The notes under the pieces were generated by a model. It made no database searches. It worked only from the letters and a program-made list of their open reading frames with translations, and was not told the origin of the DNA. This document shows positions 26,544 through 36,341 of a stretch of DNA of 64,000 nt, in pieces. A program made the translations under genes and the position numbers. The DNA is from Patescibacteria group bacterium (GTDB lineage: Bacteria; Patescibacteriota; Patescibacteriia; UBA10025; JAHIVO01). The number at the start of each line of letters is the position of its first letter. Position 1 is the stretch's first letter. The stretch is from the NCBI GenBank assembly GCA_041650915.1, contig JBAZKE010000003.1, positions 21,226 through 85,225 of the forward strand, in the 5' to 3' direction.

Positions 26544-29045
26544 CTATGATATCACAATGCGCTCATTTTTCAACTTAACCTTGATGGTGCTGCCTGGTTT
26601 GTATTCGTTCCTGAGGAGCGCCTGGGCGATCTGATTCTCGACCATTTCCTGGACATACCTCCGGACGGCTCGCGCCCCCTGGTCAGGCTGGAAGCTCATT
26701 TCTGCGATAGAGAGGGCCGCTTTTTTATCGACCTGCAGCTTGATATCCTGTTCGGCGAGTTTTTTTTCAACCTCTGTAATCTGCATCGATACGATGACGG
26801 CGATATCTTCTTTTGTCAGCGGGCGGAAGACGATCGTTTTATCTATTCTATTCAGCAGCTCAGGCCTGAACTGGCTCTCAAGCTCTTTGAGCACTCCCTC
26901 TTTGATTTCTGCATACCTTTCTTCCGCAGCCTGTTTGTCTTCTGCGGTTGCAGCGCTGAAACCCATGGAAGCGCTCGCATTTAGGTTTTTTAGCCCGATA
27001 TTAGAGGTCATGATGATGATCGTATTTTTAAAATTCACCTGCCTGCCGGTCGCATCGGTCAGGTGCCCATCCTCGAGTATCTGCAGCAGGAGGCTGAATA
27101 CTTCCGGGTGGGCTTTTTCCATCTCATCGAACAGTACGACCGAGTATGGCTTTCTCCGCACCGGCTCGGTGAGCTTGCTGCCCTCTTTGTACCCGACGTA
27201 CCCTGCAGGGGCGCCGATGAGCTTTGATACGTTGAAGCTTTCCGCGAATTCCGACATGTCTATCCGGATGAGCGCGTGTTCGTCTTCAAACACCGTTTTT
27301 GCGAGCACTTTTGCCGTTTCGGTTTTCCCGACGCCCGAGGGGCCGAGGAAAATGAATGATGCGATCGGCCTGTTTGGGTCCGCGAGCCCGACGCGTGAGC
27401 GGCGGATAAAGTCGGCGATTGTTTTGAGCGCATCATCCTGGCCGACGATCTGCCGCGAGAGCTCCTGCTCGAGGCTGAGCAGCCGCTCCTTCTCTTCGGT
27501 GATGAGCTCATCGAGGGGGACCTTCGTGATGCGCGCGACGACTTCCCCGACATCACGCTTCGTGACCTTGCCGATGCATTTCTTCGCTGTTTTTTCTTGC
27601 TGTGCCCGGAGTTCCGCGAGCCGCTTGCGCAGGTCGTTCTCTTTCTCCTTTATTTTTAGCGCCTGTTCGTAGTTTTCCTGGTTGACGAGTTCATTTTTCT
27701 GCGATTTGAGTTTCTCTATTTCCTTTTCCGTGCCGAATATTTTTTTTATAAAGCCGTCGCCCCGGTGGCTGATTTTTATTTTTGATGCCGCCTCATCGAT
27801 CAGATCTATAGCCTTGTCCGGGAGGAATTTATCCTGGAGAAAGCGGACGCTAAGCTTCACGGCAGTGTCGATCGCCTCGTCGGTAATTTCTACGAGGTGG
27901 TACCGTTCATAGTTTCTCTTAATGCCGAGCAGCACCTGCCGTGTCTCGTCCGCCGTGGCTTCTTCAATAATGATTGGCTGGAAGCGCCGCTCGAGCGCTG
28001 CGTCGGATTCTATATGCTTGCGGTACTCGTCGAGCGTCGTCGCGCCGATCGTGCGGATTTGGCCTTTGGCGAGCGCCGGTTTCAGGATATTCGCCGCATC
28101 CATCGATCCTGCGGCTGATCCCGTACCGATGATCGTATGGAGCTCGTCGATGAAGATAATGATGTTCGGGTCCTTCGTGATTTCATCAATAATCTGCTTG
28201 AACCGCCCCTCAAATTCGCCGCGATATATTGTGCCTGCAACGACGAGGCTGAGGTCGAGCTTGAGTATTTTTTTATTGAGCAAAATGTCCGGGACGTCTC
28301 CGGCGAGTATCTTCTTTGCGAGCCCTTCAACGATCGCTGTTTTTCCGACCCCCGGGTCGCCGATGAGCACTGGGTTGTTTTTCGTCCTCCGCGAGAGTAT
28401 GTGTATGAGCCGTTCAATTTCACGCTCCCGCCCGATTACCGGATCGATGCTCAGCTGCAGCTTGTCATTGGTTATGTCGGTCGTGAAAAAATCAAGCGCG
28501 GGAGTCTTCGATTCATCGCGCGTACCTTCTTCCCGGCCAAGCTCCTTGGCTTGGTCGAATATCTGCGTCAGGTCCGGAAACTTTGAGGTGCTCCGCATGA
28601 CGGTATCGAGCTGGCCCGTGAGCTTGTTGAGGTTTACCCTGTTGTTTTCCCAGAGCTCAATCATAGTATCGGTCTTCATTTGCACGAGGCTCTGGAGGAG
28701 GTGTTCGGTCCCGATATACTTGTGTTTATTCTGGTGGGCGATAAGCGCCGCCTTTTCGATCACCTGCTTGGCGTGCTCAGAGAGCTTCGGCTTGTTCTTT
28801 GAGCTCCGCTGTTTGTCTGTTTCGGAAGATTTGTTTTTCTGTACGACGAGGCTGCGAACGCGTTCCGGCGTCAGGCCGATCTTCGCCAGTACCTCTGCGG
28901 CGATGCTCCCCTTCTGCAGTATTAATCCGTAGACGAGGTGCTCCGGGTTGATTGCATCATGCCCGAGCGTGCCGCTGAGCTCTCGCGCCTGCTTAAATGC
29001 GTTCTTGAGGTGGGTGGTAAATTTATCGATTATCTTATTATCCAT
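26544..29045 (-). CDS. clpC: Clp/Hsp100 ATPase with two AAA+ domains, ClpC-like (short middle linker).
   Basis: Clp_N repeats. AAA1 Walker A GDPGVGKTAIVEGLA. AAA2 GPSGVGKTETAKVLA. Short UVR-like linker KEIEKLKSQKNELVNQENYEQALKIKEK. 833 aa. Confidence 0.8.
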   Translation of the reverse strand: MDNKIIDKFTTHLKNAFKQARELSGTLGHDAINPEHLVYGLILQKGSIAAEVLAKIGLTPERVRSLVVQKNKSSETDKQRSSKNKPKLSEHAKQVIEKAALIAHQNKHKYIGTEHLLQSLVQMKTDTMIELWENNRVNLNKLTGQLDTVMRSTSKFPDLTQIFDQAKELGREEGTRDESKTPALDFFTTDITNDKLQLSIDPVIGREREIERLIHILSRRTKNNPVLIGDPGVGKTAIVEGLAKKILAGDVPDILLNKKILKLDLSLVVAGTIYRGEFEGRFKQIIDEITKDPNIIIFIDELHTIIGTGSAAGSMDAANILKPALAKGQIRTIGATTLDEYRKHIESDAALERRFQPIIIEEATADETRQVLLGIKRNYERYHLVEITDEAIDTAVKLSVRFLQDKFLPDKAIDLIDEAASKIKISHRGDGFIKKIFGTEKEIEKLKSQKNELVNQENYEQALKIKEKENDLRKRLAELRAQQEKTAKKCIGKVTKRDVGEVVARITKVPLDELITEEKERLLSLEQELSRQIVGQDDALKTIADFIRRSRVGLADPNRPIASFIFLGPSGVGKTETAKVLAKTVFEDEHALIRIDMSEFAESFNVSKLIGAPAGYVGYKEGSKLTEPVRRKPYSVVLFDEMEKAHPEVFSLLLQILEDGHLTDATGRQVNFKNTIIIMTSNIGLKNLNASASMGFSAATAEDKQAAEERYAEIKEGVLKELESQFRPELLNRIDKTIVFRPLTKEDIAVIVSMQITEVEKKLAEQDIKLQVDKKAALSIAEMSFQPDQGARAVRRYVQEMVENQIAQALLRNEYKPGSTIKVKLKNERIVIS

Positions 29046-29075
29046 AAAGCTAAAATGGTTAGTAACGTAATTTAC

Positions 29076-29104
29076 AGTATAGTTATAAATGCAGCACGCG
29101 TCAA
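29076..29104 (-). promoter_or_regulatory. Sigma70-like promoter for clpC on the minus strand: TTGACG-17nt-TATACT.
   Basis: Reverse complement of 29076-29104 reads TTGACGcgtgctgcatttataacTATACT, about 30 nt upstream of the clpC start. No CtsR or CIRCE repeat was seen. Confidence 0.45.
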
Positions 29105-29134
29105 TAAAAAAACCTGCGTACGCGCGTACGCAGG
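29105..29134 (-). terminator. Rho-independent terminator on the minus strand for gene 29154..30656.
   Basis: Perfect 10-bp palindrome CCTGCGTACG-cgc-GTACGCAGG followed on the minus strand by TTTTTTT. Confidence 0.7.
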
Positions 29135-29153
29135 TTCAGCATAAAGCAAGAAT

Positions 29154-30656
29154 CTACTCCCGGTCGAGCGTGTCCCAGAAATCTGACGGGTAACTATCGA
29201 AGATGCCGTTCGATGTCTGTCCTGATTCATCAATGCAGTATTGAGATTCCGTGAAGGTATCGTACTCCTCAAGGGAGGCGCAGATGGTAAATGACAACCC
29301 ATCGCTACTCACGTCATAGTCGTACGGTGCGTCCGACCGGGGGTCCGTTGGGAGCCGTGAGATGTATTCGCCCGCAACTTCATTGAGCGCGCTCGGGTAC
29401 CGAGAATAGTCGTCATAGTAGAGCGTTAAGGCGGTCCTCAGTTGGCTGATATCAGATTTTCTCGTGGCATCGCGCGCTTTTCCTCGTGCGTTGCTGAGTC
29501 CCATGTACGCGACAAAGATTAATGCACCGACTATGACCGGAACTACCACCCAGCCGATGATTGCCGTCGCGATGATCCCTTTCGAGTTTGTCTGCCGCGT
29601 ATCGATCGCGCTCCCTGCGCACTCCGCACGGACAGATTGGTACAGTGAGTAGTTGTAACAGAGCGCAAACGGCATGAACACCGCACTGGCAGCGCCTATG
29701 ATGACATAGTTGAGTATCATCGCAAGGAATGATAAACCGGTCGTATCAGAGGCAGATCCGATAATCCACGTGACGAGCATTACGCCCCCGTTCAAGAGCA
29801 TGAGCGCAACTGCCGCCATCGCGTAGAATCCGATGTACCTTCCGAATACAGGCCACCATCTGCCGCGCACATACTCTTTGCTCCTGAGGAGCGCCTGGTA
29901 TCCTCTAACGTTTTCCGTCACCGGCAAGAACAGCCCGAAGGAAAACCAGACCGCGAAGATTATACCCGGCACCCAGCCGAGGAACATGCCGCCCGAAACA
30001 AAAAACCAGAGGAGTACGGAGACCCACCAGAATGGCATGATGAGTTTCATGGCAGTGCCGAGGACCGAGCCAATATTCAGATTTTGTTTGGGAGTCTGGA
30101 TTGCGGTAACGATTCCTGCTGTGGAAAATGATCCGATAAAGGTCCACGCGATACTCATGACGATCGCGATGATAACCGGCAGTGCAAATGTTGCAATGCT
30201 GAATGTGGAAGAACCTACGCTTGAGATGGCGAAGCTGCCCGTGAAAGAGGCAAAGAATCCAAAGAAGCTGCCGACGTACAGTATGCCGCCGGCGAGAAGC
30301 GTGATTACGGCGATGGCGGCGAATACTCCGATCCGCTGGGAAAAAATTTCCCATGCCCGCGGTATCAAATCGAAGATGCCGGGCAGCTCGCCGAGTGGCG
30401 CTGCGGGAGTGCCCTGCGGCATTTGCTGCACGGGCGGTTGCTTGGTTTGCACCGGAGCAGTGCCGGGAGGCGCAAACTCCTGAGCGATTTGTCCGATCGC
30501 TTCATTCTCTGCCTGCTGCGAGTATCCGCCGGTGAGAACCTGGCTGATTTTATCGTCTTGCCATCCGGCTTTTTTTAGCTGGTCGTGGATCTGCATATCA
30601 GAAAGTCCCGCTGAGCGCGCTTGCTGCAGCCAGCTGTAGATATCTTTATCTTCCAT
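29154..30656 (-). CDS. Polytopic membrane protein with a C-terminal type IV pseudopilin-like (GspG/PulG-like) domain.
   Basis: About 8 TM helices in the centre. The C-terminus LSNARGKARDATRKSDISQLRTALTLYYDDYSRYP...DPRSDAPYDYDVSSDGLSF matches the pseudopilin globular domain. There is no G|F prepilin cleavage motif. Confidence 0.55.
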   Translation of the reverse strand: MEDKDIYSWLQQARSAGLSDMQIHDQLKKAGWQDDKISQVLTGGYSQQAENEAIGQIAQEFAPPGTAPVQTKQPPVQQMPQGTPAAPLGELPGIFDLIPRAWEIFSQRIGVFAAIAVITLLAGGILYVGSFFGFFASFTGSFAISSVGSSTFSIATFALPVIIAIVMSIAWTFIGSFSTAGIVTAIQTPKQNLNIGSVLGTAMKLIMPFWWVSVLLWFFVSGGMFLGWVPGIIFAVWFSFGLFLPVTENVRGYQALLRSKEYVRGRWWPVFGRYIGFYAMAAVALMLLNGGVMLVTWIIGSASDTTGLSFLAMILNYVIIGAASAVFMPFALCYNYSLYQSVRAECAGSAIDTRQTNSKGIIATAIIGWVVVPVIVGALIFVAYMGLSNARGKARDATRKSDISQLRTALTLYYDDYSRYPSALNEVAGEYISRLPTDPRSDAPYDYDVSSDGLSFTICASLEEYDTFTESQYCIDESGQTSNGIFDSYPSDFWDTLDRE

Positions 30657-30924
30657 AGTGTTATTATTGTAATTTATAAGCTAATTTTAGCACTTTTTTA
30701 TATTTTTGTCAACAATAAAACCAGCATTTCAACTGGTTTTAGAGATTATTTGGTATTTCCCGTTTTTACAAGTTCAACAGCGAAGTGACGATGGCCAGCG
30801 CGGTCATCACTCCTGCGGCGATTGCGATCCCGAGTGAAATTTTTGTCGACGTGGCTACCTTCGTAGTCACCTCGGTTTCAATTTCCGGCTTGTTGTCGGC
30901 CATAGGATTGGTTGCTTAGTTCGA

Positions 30925-31830
30925 TTATTGTGCGGGCATGCCCCGGAGTGCGGCTATGCGTTCTTCTACCGGCGGGTGCGTAGAGAACAGGCGCGCGAGG
31001 CCTTTGGCAGCTTTATCACCGAATGGATTTGAAATGTAGAGGTGGGCAGTCGCGTTGTTGGCCCGGGGCATGGGCTGTGAATTGTTGAGTTTAATTTTTT
31101 CGAGCGCACGCGCCAATCCTTCCGGGTAGCGGGTAAGCAGGGCGCCGGAAGCATCGGCTAGAAATTCACGTTTGCGCGAAACGGCGAGCTTAATGAGCTG
31201 CCCGATGAGCGGTGCGAAGATGATGAGTATGAGGCCGATAATCATGAGTATGAGCTGTATCCTGCCGTCGCCGCGCGAGTTCCGCCGTCCGCCGAAAAAG
31301 GAAATCCTGAAAAACCAGTTTGAAAGCAGGGCAATAATCCCGACGCAGATGATGACGACGGTCATGAGCCTGATGTCGTAGTTTTTTATGTGCGAGAGCT
31401 CGTGTGCGATCACGCCTTCGAGCTCTTCGTTCGCGAGTTTCTCTATCGCACCGGTTGTAACAGCGATTGACGAGTGTTCGGGGTCACGCCCGGTCGCGAA
31501 CGCATTGATTGCAGGATCATTAATAATGTGCACCTTCGGCATAGGCAGCCCGGCGGTGATGCAGAGGTTCTCCACCATTCGGAATACGTACGGATTATCC
31601 TCCTTTTCAATGGCCCGGGCACCGGCAGTCCAGAGCGCAACCTTGTCTCCCGAGTAGTACGAAAACAGCGACATACCGACGGCAATGAACACTGCGATGA
31701 CGAGGCCTGCGTAGCCGAATTCGGTCAGCTCCCCGAATACCCACCCGAGGAGGATAATTATGATAAAGAATATCCCAAGCAGGAGGAGTGACTTTCGCTT
31801 ATTTTGTGCAATTTGCGTGTAGAGGGTCAT
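30925..31830 (-). CDS. htpX: Zinc metalloprotease HtpX.
   Basis: HELSHIKNYD (HExxH) and four TM helices, 301 aa. Confidence 0.85.
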   Translation of the reverse strand: MTLYTQIAQNKRKSLLLLGIFFIIIILLGWVFGELTEFGYAGLVIAVFIAVGMSLFSYYSGDKVALWTAGARAIEKEDNPYVFRMVENLCITAGLPMPKVHIINDPAINAFATGRDPEHSSIAVTTGAIEKLANEELEGVIAHELSHIKNYDIRLMTVVIICVGIIALLSNWFFRISFFGGRRNSRGDGRIQLILMIIGLILIIFAPLIGQLIKLAVSRKREFLADASGALLTRYPEGLARALEKIKLNNSQPMPRANNATAHLYISNPFGDKAAKGLARLFSTHPPVEERIAALRGMPAQ

Positions 31831-31907
31831 GGGTTCGTGCGGTGCCGAAAGGGCCGATAGTGTATTTTCATCGGCCCCCGTATCCGCTATTACCGCAGTA
31901 AAGCTTC

Positions 31908-32462
31908 TTAAAACTGTACCTTAACCGGTTCCCGCTCACCTTCTTCAATCTCAAAGAATTCATACTTTTTAAACCCGAGCATTCCGGCAAGCATGTTATT
32001 CGGGAACACCTGAATTTTTGTATTGAAGTCACGGACGTTACCGTTGTAAAACCTGCGGGATGCCTGAATTTTATTCTCGGTATCCGAGAGTTCATCCTGC
32101 AGCTTCATGAAGTTCTCATTCGCCTTGAGGTCGGGATAGTTCTCGGCTACCGCGAAGAGGCTCTTGAGGGTGTTTGACAGCATATTCTCCGCCTTGCTCT
32201 GTTCTTCCACTGTTTTAGCTCCCATTGCCTGGGTGCGGGCTTTGGTGACGTTTTCAAAAAGTTCCCGCTCGTGCTTTGCATACCCTTTGACGGTTTCGAT
32301 GAGATTGGGAATCAGGTCGTACCGGCGTTTCAGCTGTACGTCGATGTCAGACCACGCTTCGTCCGTTTGATTCCTGAGTTTAATGAGGCCATTGTAGACC
32401 CCGATCAGCCAGAAGACGATGAGGGCGACGGCGCCCAAGATAATCCATGCGGCGGTGCTCAT
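31908..32462 (-). CDS. lemA: LemA family protein.
   Basis: N-terminal TM plus the LemA-family signature [41 protein letters not shown]. Confidence 0.8.
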   Translation of the reverse strand: MSTAAWIILGAVALIVFWLIGVYNGLIKLRNQTDEAWSDIDVQLKRRYDLIPNLIETVKGYAKHERELFENVTKARTQAMGAKTVEEQSKAENMLSNTLKSLFAVAENYPDLKANENFMKLQDELSDTENKIQASRRFYNGNVRDFNTKIQVFPNNMLAGMLGFKKYEFFEIEEGEREPVKVQF

Positions 32463-32513
32463 GTTGTGATTGGTTAATGCTAAGTTGGATTAATTATTTT
32501 TTATCGTTTGTTC

Positions 32514-33038
32514 TTACAGCTTCTCCGGCGTGATGAGAAGCGTAATGCTTGACGCAGTCACTTCATTTTCGGCATCAATGTTGTTTGCCGCCTTGACGAC
32601 GACCTGCTGCCCCGGTTTTATCTCGTCAATGCCGATCGAATTTTTATTGCTTACCGGTTCGTCTGGCTGCGGTAACTGGGTCAGATCCCAGCGGTAGAGT
32701 TCGGTTGACGGTTCAATGAGCGCTGAGACCTGCCGTGTCGATATGGAACCATCCGCTGATTTGACCGAAGTGGAAAAAGAAACCACACTGTCTTCGATCC
32801 CGGCAACGATTCCCTGCCAGCTGAACGTCTGCACGCCGAGCACTTGCTGGCCTGTTATTTCCGACGCTTGAATAATCGGAATCGGCGATTCCGAGAGAGT
32901 ACGGGGCGTCTCCCGCTTGCCGAGGTAGTAGCTCGTTGCCGCAATAACGAGAATGAGGAGCAGGAGCGCGATAGACCCAAGCATGGCTATTCTCAATTTT
33001 TCTTGATTGTCCCAGCTCAATATTTTTTTAGTTGACAT
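32514..33038 (-). CDS. Hypothetical membrane-anchored protein (174 aa).
   Basis: Minus-strand ORF with N-terminal TM IAMLGSIALLLLILVIAATSYY. Confidence 0.5.
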   Translation of the reverse strand: MSTKKILSWDNQEKLRIAMLGSIALLLLILVIAATSYYLGKRETPRTLSESPIPIIQASEITGQQVLGVQTFSWQGIVAGIEDSVVSFSTSVKSADGSISTRQVSALIEPSTELYRWDLTQLPQPDEPVSNKNSIGIDEIKPGQQVVVKAANNIDAENEVTASSITLLITPEKL

Positions 33039-33061
33039 TTGGGTAAAAAATGTGGTAGAAT
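33032..33061 (+). promoter_or_regulatory. Sigma70 promoter TTGACA-18nt-TGgTAGAAT for the giant-protein array.
   Basis: Consensus -35 TTGACA at 33032-33037, extended -10 TGgTAGAAT ending at 33061, about 130 nt upstream of the 33191 start. It overlaps the start codon of the divergent gene. Confidence 0.5.
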
Positions 33062-33190
33062 GAATCCGCTTTTTGAATCAGTAGGTACTGTAATTGTCGT
33101 AGAAAATGAACAATTTGTCAAATGAGAGCCGCTCAGCTAATTTTAGCAACGGAATTGTTTCGTAGATAACACAATAAGATAATTATCAAC

Positions 33191-36100
33191 GTGCAAACGG
33201 GGTGGCACAAACAGCAACTGGTATTGAAATGGGCTATTCTTGGCCTATTTTTTTGTGCGATTTCAATCGTGGTATTCGGTACTGAGAGCACCTCCGCTAC
33301 TACGCTCGATCCGTCTGGTCCGCCTCCAGAAGACAATACGACGGGTTTCATAGACATTGGAAATGAATATCAGATAAAAACGGGCGCTCTGCGTTTGGGC
33401 ACGGATGACAGGTCGGCGCCGTTCAACTACCAGCTCGAGGTTGTGGGTGATGGCGCAGAAATATCAAATGTAGTCGCTGAAAACAATTTGGGTGTCGGCC
33501 AGTATGACGGCCGGACGTGTGAGAATGATGCTGATTGCGCGGGCGGCATGGCGATGTACTGCTCGTACGGCAAGTGCCGCTACGATTCGCTCTATGTTGA
33601 TTCCGAACGTGATGTAGTTTGTTTCGGCCCTTGCCTGAATGCTTCGGGGAGCAGGGTTGAAGTCAGCGGAAGCGGTATGCACGTTGAGAATGATGCAGGG
33701 TACGGCATGTATGCGACGAGTTCGTCCGATACGGCGGTTTACGGCAGCGGGACAACGTACGGGGTACAGGGCATTTCGAGCGGGTCGAATAACTACGGCA
33801 TTTGGGCAATCAATACAATCGGCACTGCGTTGGAGGGGACCAGTACGGGCGTGCCTTACCCTGCGTATAGTTCGGTCGCAGGCATCAGTACGACGGGTTG
33901 GGGCATTTACGCAACCAATACGAATGCGTCCGGGCTTTGGTCCGGCTACTTTGAGGGCAGGGTCGGATCGACGAGGAATGTGGTCGGTTCAAAGCTCGTT
34001 ACCACCAAACCAGGCGTATCACTCACGCCATTTACATCGGCCCAGGAGCTTGCCGAGTACGGCATCAGCAGTGACGGCCTGCGGTACTATGACGGGACCA
34101 ACCTCTGGCTCGCAGACGGAAATACGCTCATCAAGGTGCGCGCTTCGGATGGTTTCTTGCTGCTCCGCACAGCGCTCTCAGGAGCGCCGACGGATGTTAT
34201 TTTCGACCAGGAGGCGTTGTGGGTGACGGTCAGCGACGGAACGGTGCTCCGGCTCGACCCGGTAACCGGCACGGCGGTGTGCTCGCTCGATTTAGCGGCT
34301 GTTGCCGCACCTGTCGGACCGCTCTCAAACCCGCTCGGCATCGTATACGTCAAACAGCGTGAAATGAATATATCCCGCGGGCAGGGCACGACGTACCAGC
34401 ACTACTGGGTGACGGCAACCGGCAGTGCGGGGGCTGGCGCCATCGTTGAACTCACCTATGAAAAGCGAAGCGGCGCGTGCGCATTCGTAGCGGGCAGCGC
34501 ACAGGAAATAGTCAGTGCCAGCACCAGCATCGGCAAGATGGCTTTTGATGGCGACTACCTCTGGATCCTGGCGCAGGACAGCGTGAGCCGCGAGGGTTAC
34601 CTCGTCAGCGTACACGCTTCGGATGGAGAGGCAGCGCTGTTCCCGGATATCGTGGGAAGCGAGCCGACGGATATCGTGTTTGATAACTCATTCCTCTGGG
34701 TAACGAACAGCCTCGATGACACGCTCTCGAGGATTTCCCTGGCAGGGTCGCACGTTTGCTCTATTAAAGATGGGTACCTATGGAGATCCTGCTCAGCTAA
34801 CCTCGAGTGTGCGGCTGCAGGGCTTGGGCAGTGCTTTCAAGTGCCGATTCCGTACGGCTTGTATGATACCGCAGATGAACCGACGTACGTCGCATTCGAC
34901 GGCACGTACGTCTGGGCAGCGAGCGATACGAATCCTACGGTATCGCAGTTTCTTGCGGCTGATCCGGCTGACCGCGATGACCATACGCTCTCAGCGGATG
35001 CAAATGGCCTCCTGTTTGACGGCACGAACGTTTGGGTTTCGCACGATGCCGGAATCACGAAGCTTTTTTCCGGCACCGGATTCGGGGCAGCTGACCTGGG
35101 CGATACGCTCACGCTCCAGAATGCCGGCCCGGTCGTGCAGCAGCCCGGTTCGATATCGATCACCGATTCCGCATTCATCGGCCAGAGCTTGATTGCTGAC
35201 AGTGAGCTCACAGTTTCCGATAATGTATGGGCAGATGAGCAATCAGGCGATGTGATCCGGAGCGATGAGTGGGAGATCGCCGGACAGTGGAGCGGCGGCG
35301 GCGTCCTTGCCGTGGCGGTTACAGGCAACGGTACGGTGCTCGCCGGCGATAAATACAACGGGCACATTTACCGGTCCACGGACCGGGGCGATACGTGGGC
35401 TGATACGGGCAGCTATGGCCAATGGGTATGGGGAATCCTTGAGGCGCATGACGGCATGCTCTATGCGGCGACCGGAGATGAATCAGGGATCGGAGCGCAG
35501 GTGTATACGTCGGCCGATGATGGCCAGACATGGCAGATGAGTACAGCGGTATTTCCGACAGCGGGCAACCACGCATACGAATGTGCTGAAACTTACTTTT
35601 CCAGCGATTGGTGGGTTGCCTGCGGATCCGGGTTCGATGACTACGTTTGGCGCACCAATAACGGGGGAACTACGTGGATCCAGTCGGCCGCGTTGCCGGG
35701 TTCAGGCAGTGACAGTCCGTGGGCACTGTTCTCGGCGAGTGACGGGTACCTGTACGTTGCTTCCAAGTGGAACAGCCATGTGTACCGTACGGCTGACGGA
35801 GGCACGACCTGGGAAACGCTGGCGGACATTCCCGGCGTATCAGGCGTCTATGATCTGCTCGAGGGCAGCGATGGGGCACTCTACGCTGCCACCGGGTGCG
35901 AGTGCGCCACTATGGAGGGGCACGTGTTCAAGTCAGTTGATGGCGGCTCGACATGGCTCGACGTGATCGACGTCACCGGTGACGGGATGAATGACGTCTA
36001 CGCGATTATCGAATCTGAGCCCGGCGTGTTCTACTTTACGACGCGTGCAGAAGTTGCGGGCCCCTCTTTTACCGCGCATGTGTACCGCGCGCTCGACTAT

Positions 36101-36337
36101 GGCAGCTCATGGGCCGAACTGCCGCTGTCGATCACTCCTGATATCAATGAGCTGTCTGCCGTCACAATAGGGCCGGACGGCACCATATATCTCGGCGGTT
36201 CCCGATCATCAAGCATGGTCGTGCGGAGCAGCGGATTCGGTGCCGGTACGTACAGCTGTCCCGACGGCCACTTCATTAAGGATGTTCAGCGTAACTATGC
36301 AGGCGAAGTCATCCGGATTGAGTGCAGGGCACTCTAG
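33191..36337 (+). CDS. Large secreted protein (1048 aa). Signal peptide, Gly/Tyr-rich repeats, FDGxxxW beta-propeller repeats, six BNR/Asp-box repeats, and a C-terminal Cys motif.
   Basis: Asp-boxes STDRGDTW, SADDGQTW, TNNGGTTW, TADGGTTW, SVDGGSTW, ALDYGSSW. Repeats YDGTNLWLADG, FDGDYLWIL, FDGTYVWAA. CENDADCAGG. C-terminus CPDGHFIKDVQRNYAGEVIRIECRAL. Confidence 0.75.
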   Translation: MQTGWHKQQLVLKWAILGLFFCAISIVVFGTESTSATTLDPSGPPPEDNTTGFIDIGNEYQIKTGALRLGTDDRSAPFNYQLEVVGDGAEISNVVAENNLGVGQYDGRTCENDADCAGGMAMYCSYGKCRYDSLYVDSERDVVCFGPCLNASGSRVEVSGSGMHVENDAGYGMYATSSSDTAVYGSGTTYGVQGISSGSNNYGIWAINTIGTALEGTSTGVPYPAYSSVAGISTTGWGIYATNTNASGLWSGYFEGRVGSTRNVVGSKLVTTKPGVSLTPFTSAQELAEYGISSDGLRYYDGTNLWLADGNTLIKVRASDGFLLLRTALSGAPTDVIFDQEALWVTVSDGTVLRLDPVTGTAVCSLDLAAVAAPVGPLSNPLGIVYVKQREMNISRGQGTTYQHYWVTATGSAGAGAIVELTYEKRSGACAFVAGSAQEIVSASTSIGKMAFDGDYLWILAQDSVSREGYLVSVHASDGEAALFPDIVGSEPTDIVFDNSFLWVTNSLDDTLSRISLAGSHVCSIKDGYLWRSCSANLECAAAGLGQCFQVPIPYGLYDTADEPTYVAFDGTYVWAASDTNPTVSQFLAADPADRDDHTLSADANGLLFDGTNVWVSHDAGITKLFSGTGFGAADLGDTLTLQNAGPVVQQPGSISITDSAFIGQSLIADSELTVSDNVWADEQSGDVIRSDEWEIAGQWSGGGVLAVAVTGNGTVLAGDKYNGHIYRSTDRGDTWADTGSYGQWVWGILEAHDGMLYAATGDESGIGAQVYTSADDGQTWQMSTAVFPTAGNHAYECAETYFSSDWWVACGSGFDDYVWRTNNGGTTWIQSAALPGSGSDSPWALFSASDGYLYVASKWNSHVYRTADGGTTWETLADIPGVSGVYDLLEGSDGALYAATGCECATMEGHVFKSVDGGSTWLDVIDVTGDGMNDVYAIIESEPGVFYFTTRAEVAGPSFTAHVYRALDYGSSWAELPLSITPDINELSAVTIGPDGTIYLGGSRSSSMVVRSSGFGAGTYSCPDGHFIKDVQRNYAGEVIRIECRAL

Positions 36338-36341
36338 GCGT

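Noticed and set aside
26740-28932. Two long + strand ORFs (310 and 336 aa) inside clpC
   Set aside because: Antisense to clpC. Serine-rich, low-complexity translation.
29046-29153. CtsR or CIRCE heat-shock operator upstream of clpC
   Set aside because: No GGTCAAA heptad repeat or TTAGCACTC-N9-GAGTGCTAA inverted repeat is present. Only a sigma70-like promoter and a terminator palindrome were seen.
29833-30483. 216-aa + strand ORF inside the pilin-fusion membrane gene
   Set aside because: Antisense shadow.
34837-35367. Minus-strand ORFs inside the adhesin genes (for example 34837..35367, 41941..42795, 48142..48846, 51670..52602)
   Set aside because: All are antisense to long, repeat-structured + strand ORFs.
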